This document shows, one piece after another, positions 12,161 to 13,233 of a DNA stretch of 13,233 bases. The DNA is from Candidatus Aenigmatarchaeota archaeon (GTDB lineage Archaea; Aenigmatarchaeota; Aenigmatarchaeia; Aenigmatarchaeales; JACQIB01). The DNA is taken from assembly GCA_046760225.1 (NCBI GenBank), contig JBHIDR010000022.1, forward strand, positions 1 through 13,233, read 5' to 3'. Positions within the stretch are counted from its first letter, which is position 1. Each line of letters starts with the position of its first letter. Both the position numbers and the translations under genes were made by a program. The notes under the pieces are model-generated. The model was given only the letters and a program-made list of their open reading frames with translations, did not search any database and was not told where the DNA came from.

Positions 12161-13018
12161 TTCATCAATTATTCTGGCAAAAATCTCTGGCCCTTCTTGC
12201 ATGTATGCTGTGCCTATCTGTACAGCAACAGCACCTGCATCCAGATATTCCACTACATCATCTGCATTCTTTATTCCACCAACACCGATTATCGGTATTT
12301 CTGTTAGTTCATGAAACCTTGCAACATTGCCGAGTGCAAGCGGCTTGAGCGCTTTTCCTGAGAGACCGCCATACTTTGGCTCCAGCATGAATTTCCCTTC
12401 CTTTATCACAGTTGCTCCTGCAGGCGAGTTCACTGCAATTATTGCATCAATTCCTGCTTCTTCGAAAACACATACCATCTCCTCCATCAGCTTCCTGTCA
12501 AGATAAGGACCAACCTTCACTGTCAGCGGTATTTCTATCTCATCCTTCAGACCTTCCAGAACATGCCTTGCACCTTCAGGATTATAGCACAGCTGCCTTG
12601 CCTCTACGTTCGGGCAGGAAAGATTGACCTCTATCATGTCAAATCCTGCTTGCTCATAGGCCATTGCCATTGTCAGGTATTCTTCCCTGTTGAACCCTGC
12701 AATACTGCCTACCAAGGGCTTGCCATATTCTTTCAGCTCATCCGCTATTTCAACATATGCCCTGTACCCCGGATTTGGAAGCCCCATTGCCTGGATCGTA
12801 TAATCCTCGCATTCATAGAGCCTTGGCTCAGGATTGCCTTGCCTTGGAAGAATTGTGGCTGATTTTGTAACTACCGCCCCAACAGCAGACCTGGCCAGTT
12901 CTATTAGCTCTTCTTTAGTTGTGCACCTTGGACCAGATGCATTCATCAAGAAAGGGTAGATATCAACATTCCTTATTCTTGCTCTCAGTTTTCTGTAGTT
13001 CAAAGGCCCTTCTATCAT
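12149..13018 (-). CDS. pyrD: Dihydroorotate dehydrogenase, class 1 (1A-like)
   Basis: MNASG, TKSAT..PRQGNPEPR, MGLPN.G, NLSCPNV (catalytic Cys), VNS, GGLSG..LKPLALGNV, IIGVGGI, QIGTA...EGPEIFARI. The 3' end overlaps the HD-GYP gene convergently by 12 nt. Confidence 0.93.
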   Translation of the reverse strand: MIEGPLNYRKLRARIRNVDIYPFLMNASGPRCTTKEELIELARSAVGAVVTKSATILPRQGNPEPRLYECEDYTIQAMGLPNPGYRAYVEIADELKEYGKPLVGSIAGFNREEYLTMAMAYEQAGFDMIEVNLSCPNVEARQLCYNPEGARHVLEGLKDEIEIPLTVKVGPYLDRKLMEEMVCVFEEAGIDAIIAVNSPAGATVIKEGKFMLEPKYGGLSGKALKPLALGNVARFHELTEIPIIGVGGIKNADDVVEYLDAGAVAVQIGTAYMQEGPEIFARIIDELEL

Positions 13019-13042
13019 TGTAGCTGATTACATATAAAATTA

Positions 13043-13233
13043 TCATTTCCTTATCTGCAATATCTTGTTGCTCTGATAAAAGCACTCAACAGAATTATCA
13101 TCCCACCATCCTTCAAGATGGGGCTCAACTATCAACTCAGGTCTGTGGAACGGCACTCTTCCCGGACTTAAGTTCTTGCCCCAATAGCTCTTATGGCTCC
13201 TTATCTGTACTAGTTTCTTTCCTTGAAATTTCA
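13043..13233 (-). CDS. Hypothetical protein, 5'-truncated by the window edge
   Basis: Only open minus frame: (xTG)KFQGKKLVQIRSHKSYWGKNLSPGRVPFHRPELIVEPHLEGWWDDNSVECFYQSNKILQIRK-TGA (13045-13043), ending 24 nt before pyrD. Confidence 0.55.
   Translation of the reverse strand, partial: KFQGKKLVQIRSHKSYWGKNLSPGRVPFHRPELIVEPHLEGWWDDNSVECFYQSNKILQIRK

Overview
Gene-dense archaeal chromosomal window, probably from a DPANN-type archaeon. This is inferred from TATA-like boxes 28-30 nt before mostly leaderless ATGs, GGTGA/GGTGG Shine-Dalgarno sites and AGA/AGG-dominated Arg usage. Recognisable genes: endonuclease III, an ADP-ribosylglycohydrolase, a stand-alone asparagine-synthetase C-terminal domain, an Lhr helicase with a C-terminal Cys4 motif, YjbQ, an HD-GYP phosphodiesterase and a class-1A-like PyrD. 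Features the ORF track missed or split: (i) a 40-aa Arg/Lys-rich gene at 2922-3044 resembling bS22/mS38/eL41-type small ribosomal proteins; (ii) a promoter-preceded structured non-coding segment at about 4757-4898 in front of lhr; (iii) a frameshifted GNAT gene; (iv) a gene interrupted by an in-frame TAG. Between the two broken genes lies a convergent pair of probable nucleic-acid-binding orphans. One is a GC-rich, foreign-looking gene with an N-terminal homing-endonuclease-associated-repeat-like module and a 23-bp palindrome over its TATA box. The other is a 408-aa protein built from five ~65-aa repeats with a fixed scaffold and a variable putative recognition helix, which is the best candidate for an undescribed system. 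All family assignments come from motif recognition by eye; no searches were run.
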